IMG/VR virus record: IMGVR_UViG_3300028802_000015
Coordinates: 1 to 61,297 of that record
Source: a virus
Taxonomy: Duplodnaviria; Caudoviricetes
Reading direction: 5' to 3' (one strand)
Length of the DNA: 61,297 bases
Position 1 is the stretch's first letter. Every line of letters starts with the position of its first letter. This document shows positions 60,815 to 61,297 of the stretch, piece by piece. The notes below the pieces were generated by a model. It saw nothing but the letters and a program-made list of their open reading frames with translations. It had not been told where the DNA came from and did not search any database. Made by a program: the position numbers and the translations under genes.

Positions 60815-61297
60815 ATGCGCATGACACGACGCGGCATGATCGTCGCCGCACTCACCGGCTGCCTACTCGGCCTGCCCATCGGGCACGTCACCGCCAACGC
60901 CGCACCCCTCCCCACCCAGCACCCGGGCTACCACCCGTGCCCGGTGGAGGACGCCCCCGGCCCCTGCTGGTGGGACGCCGGGTCATCCGGCAACGGGCAG
61001 GGTCAGTCGTTCTACGTGACCCGCGATCAGCGCGTGGTCTACGGTCACCTGCACTGGCGGGTCATCGCCAACCGGCACACCGCCACGCTGCCCGACGCGC
61101 ACCCGTGCCGTCAGGACCGCGGGTCCTACGGTGACCCGACCACCTGCCTCACCGTCGGCCCGTGGCACCGGGTCAGCCAGCCGCTCGCCGACGCGCTGGC
61201 CGAGGGGTCGTCACCCCACGCCACCACCCGCGACTGGGAGGGTCGTTGCTTCACTCACCGCAACGGACCCGAACGGCTCATCGCGTGCGTCGGCGGC
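60815..61297 (+). CDS. Putative secreted protein (PCPVED..CWWDA..GNGQGQSF); continues across the join to TGA at 24-26
   Basis: GGAGG RBS, signal-like N-terminus, open to window end, completes as ..VGGYVENW*. Confidence 0.8.
   Translation, partial: MRMTRRGMIVAALTGCLLGLPIGHVTANAAPLPTQHPGYHPCPVEDAPGPCWWDAGSSGNGQGQSFYVTRDQRVVYGHLHWRVIANRHTATLPDAHPCRQDRGSYGDPTTCLTVGPWHRVSQPLADALAEGSSPHATTRDWEGRCFTHRNGPERLIACVGG

Larger units (their letters stand above)
1..61297. mobile_element. Probable complete circularly permuted tailed-phage genome (siphovirus-like, actinobacteriophage style)
   Basis: Terminase, portal, capsid, tail, tape measure, lysin and replication genes all present; no host housekeeping genes; 8-nt end overlap with an ORF reading across it. 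Confidence 0.92.

Overview
The window looks like one complete, circularly permuted genome of a high-GC tailed phage (siphovirus type), probably of an actinobacterial host. The last 8 nt (tcggcggc) repeat the first 8 nt, and an ORF starting at 60815 reads across that join. A plus-strand arm (about 59.4 kb, through the join, to 22.7 kb) carries many small early genes plus SSB, a primase-helicase, HNH, VRR-NUC, a SLOG protein, a Rad52-like annealase and a Cas4-like exonuclease. A minus-strand arm (about 59.2 to 22.7 kb) carries RHH/HIT/ParB-like genes, a lysis cassette, terminase, portal, head and tail genes. I recognised no integrase, DNA polymerase, tRNA or CRISPR array. The strongest unexplained signal is 31 exact copies of the AT-rich 13-bp palindrome TTTAGTNACTAAA, found genome-wide and almost all at gene junctions. 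Other highlights: a MuF + 2H-phosphoesterase + protease head polyprotein with an internal start and repeated candidate cleavage motifs; a second operator-like palindrome (GTTGAC-N7-GTCAAC) over TTGACA promoters; a candidate structured RNA before the primase; and duplicated, shuffled tail-fibre modules. All functional calls come from reading motifs by eye; no database search was run.
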